DNA of 64,000 nt, taken from IMG/VR virus record IMGVR_UViG_3300035703_000055, positions 15,094-79,093 of that record; one strand, given 5' to 3'. The notes beneath the pieces were generated by a model. The model saw nothing but the letters and a program-made list of their open reading frames with translations, was not told the origin of the DNA and ran no database searches. Positions 1 to 8,478 of this stretch are shown piece after piece. Every line of letters starts with the position of its first letter. Position 1 is the first letter of the stretch. The stretch is from a virus. Made by a program: the position numbers and the translations under genes.

Positions 1-78
1 GAATTATGCGAACAGGGTCAAGCTGCATGAATGCCTCACGTCGTCCGTCAGCCGGCCCGCCGACAAATAGGGCTGACA

Positions 79-279
79 TCATGGCTTGTCCTTAAAAGTT
101 GGCAGAGGCGCCCAGTGCGTCCACCCCTGGCCTTTGACAAAGTTTCCGTACACGGCAACTCCCATGCGCTCATTGATGAGTTGCAGCTTGCCGCTGGGTG
201 GCGCTATTTCTGTGACGGCAATCCAGTGGTAGCCGGTGTCGACCACGGCGGCGCCGTCAGATGTTTTCTTGATGCTCAT
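79..279 (-). CDS. Hypothetical phage protein
   Basis: 66-aa ORF overlapping the upstream gene; ends WTHWAPLP, typical of small phage early proteins. Confidence 0.65.
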   Translation of the reverse strand: MSIKKTSDGAAVVDTGYHWIAVTEIAPPSGKLQLINERMGVAVYGNFVKGQGWTHWAPLPTFKDKP

Positions 280-475
280 TTTTTACTCGGTCCTTGTACT
301 TGTTGAAGCGCCATGAGGTGGCATCGGTTTCGATGCGCAACCACACGGCCTCTTTCTCTTCTGATGTCATCTCTGTCCAGCGGGCCACCTCAAGGTAGTG
401 GCGGCCGCAGCCGGAGCAGATGTCTTTGTAGAGCACATCGCAAACTGCGATGCATGGGCTGTCCGGTCGGGTCAT
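257..475 (-). CDS. DUF1289-like Cys-rich protein
   Basis: SPCIAVC...CSGCGRHYLEVARW motif; ATG at 475 overlaps the upstream TGA. Confidence 0.75.
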   Translation of the reverse strand: MTRPDSPCIAVCDVLYKDICSGCGRHYLEVARWTEMTSEEKEAVWLRIETDATSWRFNKYKDRVKNEHQENI

Positions 476-705
476 TTTCTTGCCTTTTCTTTTGCGGCCT
501 CGTACTTCTTCAGCCACTTATCGAACTCTGGCCACACGGGGTCGTTCTCGTCGGCCGGGTCGTACGGCAAATTGCCGGCAGAGTCGTACGAGAACGATGG
601 CCCGCAGTAGGTGTGATAGTCGACCCACACGTAGCGATTGCCGACGTGCAGGCGACCCCATGGGTTGGTGCAGATGATGCCGCCGGGGATGCGTGTGCAG
701 GTCAT
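472..705 (-). CDS. Hypothetical protein
   Basis: MTCTRIPGGIIC...; ATGA overlaps at both ends. Confidence 0.65.
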   Translation of the reverse strand: MTCTRIPGGIICTNPWGRLHVGNRYVWVDYHTYCGPSFSYDSAGNLPYDPADENDPVWPEFDKWLKKYEAAKEKARK

Positions 706-914
706 GAAACCGCCCTGACGGCTTCGTGCCACATTGAGCCAATGAAGATGGCCAGCAGGATTGCCGCGCCCAGTGCCAGCCTGCCGATGAGCAGAAACGG
801 GATGCTGGGCTGGTCTTGGTCGAGCCTCTCCTTAGCGCAGCGGATTCGCTCAATGCGAACAGGGCAGTCTCTGCCTTGCCGGCAGTTGCCGTAGTCATCG
901 CAGCAATTGCTCAT
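702..914 (-). CDS. Hypothetical membrane protein with Cys-rich N-terminus
   Basis: MSNCCDDYGNCRQGRDCPVR plus a hydrophobic helix; GGAG RBS. Confidence 0.7.
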   Translation of the reverse strand: MSNCCDDYGNCRQGRDCPVRIERIRCAKERLDQDQPSIPFLLIGRLALGAAILLAIFIGSMWHEAVRAVS

Positions 915-1303
915 GGCAGGCTCCTGCTCATGGCGCCCTTGACCCCGCCGAGTTCCTTGCGCGCAGCCTTGCGGCGCTGAATCAGCAGGTGAACCTCGTA
1001 GCAATGGCAGCACTCTGCGCCGTGCTCATCGTTGGTGATCGCCTCCCAGACGGCATCGCCGTCTTCGCAGATCTCCGGCTGATACCAGCGCCAGATGTGC
1101 ATCCGCTTGTCGCGGTTCTTCGTGTCAAAGTGATCCGGGTGGTCTTCACGCTGGAGGCCAAACGGGGTCTGCTTCAAAGCACGCGAACCGTTAATCCCTT
1201 GGCAGAGCTCAAGCCGTTCGCCAATACGGTGCGTGTAGTCCTTGAGGTCGCGGTTCAGGCGCGCATAGCGCTGCACCAGCTCGAGGGCTTTGTCTGGCGT
1301 CAT
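911..1303 (-). CDS. Hypothetical protein
   Basis: MTPDKALELVQRY...; ATGA overlap, GGAGG RBS. Confidence 0.65.
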   Translation of the reverse strand: MTPDKALELVQRYARLNRDLKDYTHRIGERLELCQGINGSRALKQTPFGLQREDHPDHFDTKNRDKRMHIWRWYQPEICEDGDAVWEAITNDEHGAECCHCYEVHLLIQRRKAARKELGGVKGAMSRSLP

Positions 1304-1476
1304 GCAGCCTCCAGGCGTTCCTTGGCCTTGACGACGCACTCATTGCAGATGTGCTTGTCGATGCCGTTGCTTATCATGTGCCGGACCTGGCTCTCGGCCT
1401 TGCCGCAGAACGAGCACTTGGTCTCCTGCTTTGGCTTCTCGGGTGGCGCGTCGAATGGGATGATGTTGTCGGTCAT
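1300..1476 (-). CDS. Stand-alone ClpX-type C4 zinc finger protein (58 aa, below ORF-track cutoff)
   Basis: Hand translation MTDNIIPFDAPPEKPKQETKCSFCGKAESQVRHMISNGIDKHICNECVVKAKERLEAA; CSFCGK..ICNEC signature. Confidence 0.8.
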   Translation of the reverse strand: MTDNIIPFDAPPEKPKQETKCSFCGKAESQVRHMISNGIDKHICNECVVKAKERLEAA

Positions 1477-1850
1477 GCGGCCTCTTTTTCGGTGATGAAT
1501 GACAGATCAAACCCGCGTGCAAAGAAGCCGTACTTCTTCTCAATCGCCGCCTCAATCTCTTTCTTGATGGTGCTGGCGCGCTTGGTCTTCTCGGTGTAGA
1601 GCGAGTACGTGACGCGAGTTCCCCAAACGGTTTCGTTGGCATGCAGGCTGATGCTTGGCTTGTCCAGGCATGTGTCCCAGTCGCACTTCTCCTTGCGGAT
1701 CGAGGTGAAGCGGTAGTCGTTGATGGCGATGTACTTGTCGTTCTCGCCGATGACGTCGAATGCCGTGACCTCAAACTTCTTGTCTCGCCCGATGATCCCG
1801 GGGTTTGCTGGGTCAGTGACTTCGACGCGGTAGTGGTTGATCTTCTTCAT
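1473..1850 (-). CDS. Hypothetical protein
   Basis: MKKINHYRVEV...; ATGA overlaps. Confidence 0.65.
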   Translation of the reverse strand: MKKINHYRVEVTDPANPGIIGRDKKFEVTAFDVIGENDKYIAINDYRFTSIRKEKCDWDTCLDKPSISLHANETVWGTRVTYSLYTEKTKRASTIKKEIEAAIEKKYGFFARGFDLSFITEKEAA

Positions 1851-2086
1851 GGCTTGGGCTCCTCGGCCAGGCCTTGCCACATCTTGGTTTGGACGGCGAA
1901 CTCGAACTCGGGGTTGGCGGCGGCCTCATCCACAGTGCGGTGAGTGCAACCCCAGATGCGATCGGTCGCATCAAAGTAGCTGCAACCAAACGGGCCAAGG
2001 TTGCCGTCCTCATCAATCTGCTGGGTCGCGTAAACGCCCGAGCGCACCGGGAGAATGCTTGCTGGAAATACGGGTGTGAGTTTCAT
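1847..2086 (-). CDS. Hypothetical phage protein
   Basis: 79-aa ORF in the coupled gene chain. Confidence 0.65.
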   Translation of the reverse strand: MKLTPVFPASILPVRSGVYATQQIDEDGNLGPFGCSYFDATDRIWGCTHRTVDEAAANPEFEFAVQTKMWQGLAEEPKP

Positions 2087-2274
2087 TTGCGTGCCTTCTT
2101 TCTGTAGGCGGTTTCGATGGTGTCGCGCAGCCAGACGGAGATGCCGCAGTTGGCGGCCAGCTCATCCAGCATCTGCTTGTGCAGTGGCGTGACGACGGCG
2201 TTGATGCGCTCGGTACAGCCGGCCGCGCCATCAAGTGCGGGGCGGCCTGGCGATCGCTTCTTTTCTGTCTTCAT
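2083..2274 (-). CDS. Ribbon-helix-helix-like DNA-binding protein
   Basis: GRPAL...ERINAVVTPLHKQMLDELAA...ISVWLRDTIE pattern. Confidence 0.6.
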   Translation of the reverse strand: MKTEKKRSPGRPALDGAAGCTERINAVVTPLHKQMLDELAANCGISVWLRDTIETAYRKKARK

Positions 2275-2510
2275 GCGGTCTCGCTTTCTTTGAGTTCGTG
2301 CTGGCCTCGGTAGACATCGTTGGCAATGCGAAGCTCGCACTGCATGTCGTAGTTGCCCATGGCCAGCGGTTGATTTGGAACGGTGTTGATGGTCAAGACA
2401 AAGCCGTATTCGAAAGCCAGGTCGGTGAGTGCTTGTGCTCGCTGCTTCAGGCCTTTTATGGCTTGCTCGAGCTCCTCTTGCGAGTGGATCTGGTTGGGCA
2501 TCGGTGTCAT
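2271..2510 (-). CDS. Hypothetical protein
   Basis: 79-aa ORF, GGAGG RBS, ATGA overlap. Confidence 0.6.
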   Translation of the reverse strand: MTPMPNQIHSQEELEQAIKGLKQRAQALTDLAFEYGFVLTINTVPNQPLAMGNYDMQCELRIANDVYRGQHELKESETA

Positions 2511-2890
2511 GCGGCCTCCTGCAGCAGTTCGTAGAAGGCGGGGCGCTTGAAGTACTCGATCTTGAAACCGCCCCAGCGATCAGCCTCAGGGCCAACCAGA
2601 CGGCCTTCGCCATCGCTGAACAGCACGGCAACGCAGTCTTGGTTGAAGTCGCGCGCAATCTGATTCAGGGCGTTGAGGACGATGTTTTTCTGAGCGTTGA
2701 ACTCAAAGGTGATGACGGCCGTGTGCTCGGTGGCCTGGCCGTCCGGGCCTTCGTATGAGGCCTCGCGAACTTCGCCGATGGCGCGCGTGAAGAACTTGCG
2801 GACGCTGGCGATGACGACGTTGTAGCGTGCGCCCAGTTCGGCATCGGCGACGCTCTTGCTGTCCAGTTCGACGTTGATGATGGCTTGCAT
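2507..2890 (-). CDS. Early protein, possible SAM lyase (T3 gp0.3-like) fold
   Basis: CAGGAG RBS; SYEG...TEHTAVI...IARDFNQDCVAV resembles the TEEKTV...NEWEQDCVLV core of T3 SAMase as recalled. Confidence 0.45.
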   Translation of the reverse strand: MQAIINVELDSKSVADAELGARYNVVIASVRKFFTRAIGEVREASYEGPDGQATEHTAVITFEFNAQKNIVLNALNQIARDFNQDCVAVLFSDGEGRLVGPEADRWGGFKIEYFKRPAFYELLQEAA

Positions 2891-2956
2891 GTGAAACTCC
2901 TGTTGCTTCAAAAACCGTTTGTTGCTGGCCGGGCCAAAAAAACCCGGCCATTCCGA

Positions 2957-3187
2957 TTAGGCGGTGACCTGCTCGGGGTTGTGCAGGGTGGTGCGATTGC
3001 CAGGGCCAGAGTTGGTCCAGGCGATGGCCGCGGCGTTGCGATCGGCTTCGGTGTCAAAGTCGGCCCAGCTGTGGAAGTTCAGGCCGCTGTACTTGGCCAG
3101 GCCGAACTTGCCGGCGTCGCGGGTTTTGATGGAGTGCTCTTCGACTGCTTTGGCGTTGAGCCTGGTGATTACGTTCAGGTCTTGCAT
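2957..3187 (-). CDS. Hypothetical protein
   Basis: AAGGAAAC RBS; first gene after the promoter at 3245-3272. Confidence 0.65.
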   Translation of the reverse strand: MQDLNVITRLNAKAVEEHSIKTRDAGKFGLAKYSGLNFHSWADFDTEADRNAAAIAWTNSGPGNRTTLHNPEQVTA

Positions 3188-3244
3188 GGTGTTTCCTTGA
3201 TGCTGTTTGGCTGCGTCTCCAACGAAATGTTGTCGACGGAATGA

Positions 3245-3272
3245 ATTGTTGCACAAAAACAAGATGTTGCAA
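3245..3272 (-). promoter_or_regulatory. Early sigma70-like promoter
   Basis: Minus strand TTGCAA-N16-AACAAT; near-identical boxes at 6874-6902 and 9381-9409. Confidence 0.65.
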
Positions 3273-3309
3273 ATGTTGCGCAACAATAACCTTCAATTAT
3301 GGTGGGGTA

Positions 3310-3795
3310 TTACCGGATGAGTGAGGCGAATGGGTTCAGGTGCTTGCGCGTCTTGTGAAGGCGCACGCGACTGACCAGGGCTCCGCTCACGCCGTGGCGC
3401 CTTGCTGCGTCGGCGACCGACTCGCTGGACGCCCGGATGTCGATGACCTGCCAGTCCTCAAGCTTCTTCAGGGGGTGGCCCATGACCTGGATCTTGACCA
3501 GGCGCGTTGGGTGCGAGCCGCCGATCTTTCCGAGGATCTGCATGTGCTTCGACTTTGTCATCGACGCCGCATGCTCTGGGTTGACGCACAGGGGGTTGCC
3601 GCACTTCGCCGGGTTGACGTGGCCATCACGCCAGATGCCCTTGGCCCTGGCCATGAGCGTGCGAACAGCGACGCGCTTGTGGTCGATGGTCAGGTATGGG
3701 CGGCCGCCTTGCACGGTCCCGCCTGTCCACAGCCAGCACTCGCCCTCCTCGACGTAGCGGCCCTCAATGCGGGCGATGATTTCTTCCAGCGTCAT
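3310..3795 (-). CDS. HNH-like (His-Me) domain plus C-terminal HTH; probably degenerate nuclease
   Basis: ECWLWTG...KCGNPLCVNPEH...AARRHGVSGALVSRVR. Confidence 0.7.
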   Translation of the reverse strand: MTLEEIIARIEGRYVEEGECWLWTGGTVQGGRPYLTIDHKRVAVRTLMARAKGIWRDGHVNPAKCGNPLCVNPEHAASMTKSKHMQILGKIGGSHPTRLVKIQVMGHPLKKLEDWQVIDIRASSESVADAARRHGVSGALVSRVRLHKTRKHLNPFASLIR

Positions 3796-3959
3796 TACTT
3801 GATGTCCTTGTAATACTTCTTTGCTTGCTCTGCCGCCTCGATCTGCGCGCCCGATCGCTTGGGCTCATCTGGTCGCCAGATGTACATGTCGCTGTACAAG
3901 GCCCAGGCCATGAAGACCCAAAGGCCGGCGTAGAAAGCGGTCAAAATTTTCTTGGTCAT
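3795..3959 (-). CDS. Small membrane protein (54 aa)
   Basis: MTKKILTAFYAGLWVFMAWALYS...; GAGGA RBS; coupled at both ends. Confidence 0.6.
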   Translation of the reverse strand: MTKKILTAFYAGLWVFMAWALYSDMYIWRPDEPKRSGAQIEAAEQAKKYYKDIK

Positions 3960-4141
3960 TTCTGTTCCTCAGTTGGGATGCGGGTGCAGTCTTTGTCGGC
4001 GCTGTTTTCGCGGCCGCTCATGATTCCTGTGCGCGGCCCCCATGTCTGGCCTGGCAGGTCAACCCAGCGCAGGCACTTCTGGCAGTTGCTGTCGGGCGCT
4101 TCGGGCTCGCAGCGGTGGTAGTCGTAGGGTAGGGTTCTCAT
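3956..4141 (-). CDS. Cys-rich hypothetical protein
   Basis: MRTLPYDYHRC...CQKCLRW. Confidence 0.6.
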   Translation of the reverse strand: MRTLPYDYHRCEPEAPDSNCQKCLRWVDLPGQTWGPRTGIMSGRENSADKDCTRIPTEEQK

Positions 4142-4151
4142 GCCGGGTCCC

Positions 4152-4607
4152 TTACTTCAATGCGCTGGAGATCTTGTCGAGCTTCCCGCTCTTCTCCAGC
4201 TCCGCAAGGGTCGACATGGCCGTGGCAGCTCGCTCGAGCAGCAATACGTAGCGCTCCAGGTTCGCGAAGTTCGCCGTCTTCTCAACCTTCATCAAGCCGG
4301 AAGCAAGGTCGTCCGCAGCTTTGCGCACGTTGCCCGACACCTTCTTGATGTTGGCCTGCAGCTCATCAGATGTGGCCATCAATTTGCTTGCGTTGCGCTT
4401 GAACATCTTCTCGGCCGTCTCTGCGATCTCTGATGCCTTTTCGTAGTCTGTCGTTACCATTTTTGCTTTCCTTGTTGCGTAAGTTCCGTTTTCGTTCAGT
4501 AGTTCGTCTGCAATTGCTTTGGTGATCTTCTCGACAGACCATCCAGGCCCGTGCCTGTCTATGACGTCTGGCTTCAAGCCATCAATCGATGCGCCAACGT
4601 TTCTCAT
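4152..4607 (-). CDS. Coiled-coil hypothetical protein
   Basis: MRNVGASIDG...; GAGG RBS; helical composition. Confidence 0.65.
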   Translation of the reverse strand: MRNVGASIDGLKPDVIDRHGPGWSVEKITKAIADELLNENGTYATRKAKMVTTDYEKASEIAETAEKMFKRNASKLMATSDELQANIKKVSGNVRKAADDLASGLMKVEKTANFANLERYVLLLERAATAMSTLAELEKSGKLDKISSALK

Positions 4608-5110
4608 GCTGTTACCTCTGTGTTCTTGATGTGTTTCTGTGCCCACTCGCGCATGTGCTTCCAGCGGCGCTCGGCTGCGTTTGTGATGCTGGCGCGGACC
4701 GTCTTTTTGTGCTGGCCGTAGTCCGGGTAGTAAGGGCGCATTGGCCCGCAGATCTCGACCTGGACCCAGTCCCAATCCGAAAAGCACTCGTCGTTCTCGT
4801 AGACGATCTCGCGCACCATGGCTTCGGACAGACCAAAGGCCTTGGCCACCTGTGTCCAGTCCTCAGGGTCAAGGGCCGTGAGCTCGACGCCTCGGGCATC
4901 GCCAACGACGCCCAGGGTGCAGAACTCGCCATCGGCACTCACCAGGGACTCCGAGGCCAGGCGCTTCTCTGGCATGGCGTCAAGCGCCGCCACCAGCTCG
5001 CGCAGGAAGGCCTGGCCACGGCTGCCGCGCAGGGCGCTTGCAACAGCGCCGCGCCATCGGATCAAGCCCCAGTTGTCATCGCAATCGTCGTTGTATCCGC
5101 TGCGGCTCAT
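4604..5110 (-). CDS. Conserved phage hypothetical protein
   Basis: MSRSGYNDD...RWRGAVASALRGSRGQAFLREL; coupled overlaps. Confidence 0.75.
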   Translation of the reverse strand: MSRSGYNDDCDDNWGLIRWRGAVASALRGSRGQAFLRELVAALDAMPEKRLASESLVSADGEFCTLGVVGDARGVELTALDPEDWTQVAKAFGLSEAMVREIVYENDECFSDWDWVQVEICGPMRPYYPDYGQHKKTVRASITNAAERRWKHMREWAQKHIKNTEVTA

Positions 5111-5403
5111 GCTGTCACCTCAAGCTCTTTCTCTGTGTTGATCTTGGTGCTGGGTGCTGGCGGCCGAATGGGCTTGAGCACCTCGTCGGGGACTGGGCCT
5201 TCCATGAGGTGGCACACCTGGCCCAGGATGTTGCGGTAGGTGATCAGCCCCTTTGCGCGGCAGATCCAGACCTGGCCGCCATGCATCAGGGTGACGCCGG
5301 TCTTGCCGTGGTCGTCGGCCTCAAGCACGTCGACAAAAAGGCCGATGTTCTCGGGGATGTCGCTGGCGATGATCACAGCCAGGTCGCCGGGTTTGCAGTT
5401 CAT
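5107..5403 (-). CDS. Phage hypothetical protein
   Basis: MNCKPGDLAVI...VPDEVLKPIRP. Confidence 0.7.
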   Translation of the reverse strand: MNCKPGDLAVIIASDIPENIGLFVDVLEADDHGKTGVTLMHGGQVWICRAKGLITYRNILGQVCHLMEGPVPDEVLKPIRPPAPSTKINTEKELEVTA

Positions 5404-6068
5404 GCGGCCTCCTTTTGTTTTCCGGTGGCCAGCTCTGTCAGCTTTGCTCGGAAAAACTCAAATTCGCGGTCATCAAAGCGCCGCGGCATCAAGATCGACA
5501 GCAGCTCTGGGTGTGCTGTGTGCTGAACCACTACGGCTGCATCGGGCTTCTCTTGCCAAAAAATGATGCTGTTTTGGTCTGAGACGGACGTGTTGAGGCG
5601 CAGGTAGTCGGACAGGTAATTAGTCGACAATGACGCGGCGCATCCTGGCTTTAGGCTCTCCCAGCAGGGGAGCACCCGTCGCCAGTCGGGGTAGTTGCCG
5701 ATGATCCAAGGGTCACCTGGCATCACGTAGCTCTCGAGGCCGTTGTGCTCCTGGTCAAAATCAACGCCAACCGATACTCGCTTGCCTTGCGCGATCACCT
5801 TGAGTGCCGCGCTTGACCGAGCCTTGCAGGCGGAGATGAACTGGCTGTCAGCGCGCACGATCAGGCCGCGGCCCTCGTCTCCCTCAATTAAGCCGTGCTT
5901 GTCGTAGGCGACCGTGAGGCGATGGCCATCGCAGCCGATGATGTAGACGCCGGGCCGATCGCCTGCCGCTTCGACGCGGATGCCGTTCAGGTAGTAGCGG
6001 ATGTCACGCTTGCCTGCGAATGGGGCAACAAGCGGGATGAATTTTCGGTCGAACTGAAGGCGGATCAC
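5400..6068 (-). CDS. DNA polymerase III beta-clamp-like protein (partial fold)
   Basis: RDIRYYLNGI, CDGHRL, GNYPDWRRVLP and terminal ILMPRR echo the DnaN central and C-terminal domains. Confidence 0.65.
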   Translation of the reverse strand: MIRLQFDRKFIPLVAPFAGKRDIRYYLNGIRVEAAGDRPGVYIIGCDGHRLTVAYDKHGLIEGDEGRGLIVRADSQFISACKARSSAALKVIAQGKRVSVGVDFDQEHNGLESYVMPGDPWIIGNYPDWRRVLPCWESLKPGCAASLSTNYLSDYLRLNTSVSDQNSIIFWQEKPDAAVVVQHTAHPELLSILMPRRFDDREFEFFRAKLTELATGKQKEAA

Positions 6069-6283
6069 AGCAGGCCCCCTTCCGAGTCGTCAGAGGGGAG
6101 GTGCTGCACCGTGATCTCCTCCATCCATGCGGTGTCATCCTCGTTCTGATTCAGTGGATTGCCGGAGTGTGTGCAGGAGGGGCAGGGTGGGCTGATGTGG
6201 CAGCTGCAGTTGCCATCGCTGCCGTACCGCCCTTCGAAATCCTCGCGCTCAGCTTGCGCCTCAGGTGTCAGCACTTTGCTCAT
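6065..6283 (-). CDS. Hypothetical Zn-binding protein
   Basis: CSCHISPPCPSC motif; GGAGG RBS. Confidence 0.6.
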   Translation of the reverse strand: MSKVLTPEAQAEREDFEGRYGSDGNCSCHISPPCPSCTHSGNPLNQNEDDTAWMEEITVQHLPSDDSEGGLL

Positions 6284-6543
6284 AAAGCCTCCTGTGCGAT
6301 GTTGCGGATTTCCCAGAGCGTGTCGGGCACAGCCGGGCCGGTGGACTTGTCGTGCGCCAGGTCGGCGATGTGGGACAAAGCGAGCGACTGGTCGACGGAG
6401 GTCTGGACGACCTCCTCCCAGCCGATGGCCTTGAGCACCTCGGCCTCGATGGCCTCGTGATAGTGGTGAAGCCAGATGGCCCCGTACTTTTCGCACGTCT
6501 TGGCGCGGATCTCGCCGGCGCGCTCGGGTGTGATGATGGGCAT
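6280..6543 (-). CDS. Hypothetical protein
   Basis: AGGAG RBS, 87 aa. Confidence 0.6.
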   Translation of the reverse strand: MPIITPERAGEIRAKTCEKYGAIWLHHYHEAIEAEVLKAIGWEEVVQTSVDQSLALSHIADLAHDKSTGPAVPDTLWEIRNIAQEAL

Positions 6544-6572
6544 GTAAAACTCCTAAGGTTGGTGGTGAAAAA

Positions 6573-6842
6573 TCAGATGCCGTCGGTGATGACGGAGGCA
6601 GGGTCGTCGTCAATCCAGACGTCAACCCTGATGCCCAGGTCGGCGAGGTAGTCGCGCTTGGCCTGGCCGGCTGTGCAGTGGACCTCGAGGTCATCCGGCA
6701 AGATGACGGGGGCGAAGGCTCGACCGGTGCAGATCAGCACGCGGTGGCCAGCCAGGCGAGCGGCCGCAATGAACTGACCCCACAAGGCTGGCGCTGCGGC
6801 GTAGGTGCCGTCATAGTCGATGGCGAATGTTTGCTGTGTCAC
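6573..6842 (-). CDS. Minimal cap-less HAD-superfamily phosphatase
   Basis: DYDGT, CTGR, K and WIDD motifs I-IV; GTG start after CAGGAG. Confidence 0.7.
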   Translation of the reverse strand: MTQQTFAIDYDGTYAAAPALWGQFIAAARLAGHRVLICTGRAFAPVILPDDLEVHCTAGQAKRDYLADLGIRVDVWIDDDPASVITDGI

Positions 6843-6873
6843 TGATAGCTCCTGAATGTTGCTGTGTGAAGAG

Positions 6874-6902
6874 ATTGTTACGCAACAAACAAAAAGTTGC
6901 AA
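6874..6902 (-). promoter_or_regulatory. Early sigma70-like promoter
   Basis: TTGCAA-N17-AACAAT on the minus strand. Confidence 0.65.
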
Positions 6903-6920
6903 ACACAGCAAAAAAAGACC

Positions 6921-7124
6921 CTACGAATTTGTCGGGCTTTGCTCCAGCAAGTGGGCCATGCGCATGTCGATGAGCTGCATCGCTGCGTGGTAGTCGGCCA
7001 GGGCAGCGCGCAGCACCGGGTCTCTGTTGAAGATGTTGGGGTAGTACTCCCTGGCGGCCGTCTCGTAGCCCTTGTCGTCGCGCCAGTACTCCCACATGTG
7101 CAGCTCGCAGTCTTTGTTGCTCAT
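6921..7124 (-). CDS. Hypothetical protein
   Basis: MSNKDCELHMWEYW...; GAGG RBS. Confidence 0.55.
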   Translation of the reverse strand: MSNKDCELHMWEYWRDDKGYETAAREYYPNIFNRDPVLRAALADYHAAMQLIDMRMAHLLEQSPTNS

Positions 7125-7231
7125 AGCGGTGCGTCCTCTGTTTCGCTGATGCGCTTGAGTCGGTAGGCGCGCTCCTGGGCCGGCGTCCATGGCACAGGGC
7201 CAGATGGGGGAGGGAAGGGCCAGGTGTTCAT
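7121..7231 (-). CDS. Small hypothetical protein (36 aa)
   Basis: MNTWPFPPPSGPVPWTP...; ATGA overlaps at both ends. Confidence 0.5.
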   Translation of the reverse strand: MNTWPFPPPSGPVPWTPAQERAYRLKRISETEDAPL

Positions 7232-7401
7232 GCTGTTTCTTTCTGGCCAATGGCGGCCTGCCATGCGCGCCATGCGACGCGGGTTGTTTCACTGATGTAG
7301 CCCTTGCCCGTGCGAACCAGGCAGGCAGAGGTGTGCGAGGCTGAGTACCAGGCCTCAAAGGCGATGCGCTCATCGCTGACGGGTTGCTTGCTGATGCTCA
7401 T
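7228..7401 (-). CDS. Small hypothetical protein (57 aa)
   Basis: ERIAFEAWY...AWRAWQAA pattern common in phage early proteins. Confidence 0.55.
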   Translation of the reverse strand: MSISKQPVSDERIAFEAWYSASHTSACLVRTGKGYISETTRVAWRAWQAAIGQKETA

Positions 7402-7730
7402 CACGCCTCCGCCTTGGCAATCACGGCATGGATGCGGTCAACAATGCCCAGGGGCACGTCGTACTCGCTCCAATAGCTGGCGGACTCCTGCAGCTCCTTG
7501 AGCACGGCCAGCAGCTCGTTGCGCTCGGCCTTGATGGCGTTGAAGTGCTCGACGCAGTCCAGGTTGGCCTTTCGCAGCCTGAACTCCTCTTCGTCGCGTT
7601 CCCGGCTGATGCACACCGGGCACCCGTAATAGTCGGTGCCCTCGTGTGTGCCGTCTTTCGAGATGGAGACCTCCCCAGTGCCGCCGCACAGGGGGCATTC
7701 GTCGTTGTGGTTTTCGGCTTGCGCGTTCAT
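7401..7730 (-). CDS. Zn-finger plus coiled-coil hypothetical protein
   Basis: CPLCGGTG...GCPVC; ends IAKAEA. Confidence 0.65.
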   Translation of the reverse strand: MNAQAENHNDECPLCGGTGEVSISKDGTHEGTDYYGCPVCISRERDEEEFRLRKANLDCVEHFNAIKAERNELLAVLKELQESASYWSEYDVPLGIVDRIHAVIAKAEA

Positions 7731-8071
7731 GCTGCACGACCTTTCTTGCTCGGAGGGGCGCTGTGATGCGCGATGAACTCCATGGGTGTCGCGAAGATCG
7801 CTTCTCGGTCGGCAGGCAGGCGATGTTCTTCAGGCTGCCACTTCGCCACGTTGCGGCGGTAAATTGCCAAGCCGGCGCAGCGGCTTCCAGCGTGTACGTG
7901 ACACTCCACCACCTCATCGGAGTGGCACAGGCCTGCGTATTGTTCTGGTGTGGCACCGCCCAGCCAGCCGTTAAGTGAATCGCGGCGCAGTGGGCAGTCG
8001 CTACAGGCTTTTGTTAGCTGCCTGGATGCTGGCGCGGCCTCACCGCGTGAAATCAGTTTCTTCATGTTCAT
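7727..8071 (-). CDS. Cys-rich protein (DUF6283-like)
   Basis: CSDCPLRRD..GWLG..CH..CAG motif. Confidence 0.6.
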   Translation of the reverse strand: MNMKKLISRGEAAPASRQLTKACSDCPLRRDSLNGWLGGATPEQYAGLCHSDEVVECHVHAGSRCAGLAIYRRNVAKWQPEEHRLPADREAIFATPMEFIAHHSAPPSKKGRAA

Positions 8072-8277
8072 GCTCCAATGGTGTCGATGTAGTCATCCAG
8101 GACTGATGCCCGGGTGAAGTTGGCGCTGTCGCGCTTGAGTTTGGTGGCCTCTCCGTCCTGAACAAAAAAGCTCAGGCCAGAAACAACTTCGCGAACGGTG
8201 TAGGCGGTGCCATGGCCGAACTCAACAACGTCGTATCGCTCGCAGCAGGGGAAGAGGGCGGTGACTTGAAACATCAT
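8068..8277 (-). CDS. Hypothetical protein
   Basis: Coupled ORF. Confidence 0.5.
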   Translation of the reverse strand: MMFQVTALFPCCERYDVVEFGHGTAYTVREVVSGLSFFVQDGEATKLKRDSANFTRASVLDDYIDTIGA

Positions 8278-8477
8278 GTGCCCCTTGTGCCCCACTCGGG
8301 CATTTCAAATTTCGGGTCAACGAAGTCGTCTGGGATGGCTTCGGCCTTGTCGCGCCGTTGCCTGGCCTGGTCTGCCCAATACTTGCTCGATTCGCCGGTT
8401 GTGACGCTGGCGTAGTAGTCGAGCTGTTTGGCACTCGAGATCAGGCCCTTGTAGGTCAGTGTGTCTTGCTTGGCCAT
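8274..8477 (-). CDS. Hypothetical protein
   Basis: MAKQDTLTYKG...; GGAGG RBS. Confidence 0.55.
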   Translation of the reverse strand: MAKQDTLTYKGLISSAKQLDYYASVTTGESSKYWADQARQRRDKAEAIPDDFVDPKFEMPEWGTRGT

Positions 8478-8478
8478 G

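Noticed and set aside
2927-2949. GGCCGGG/CCCGGCC hairpin as an ncRNA
   Set aside because: Single simple stem; most likely a terminator or stabiliser, too little to claim more
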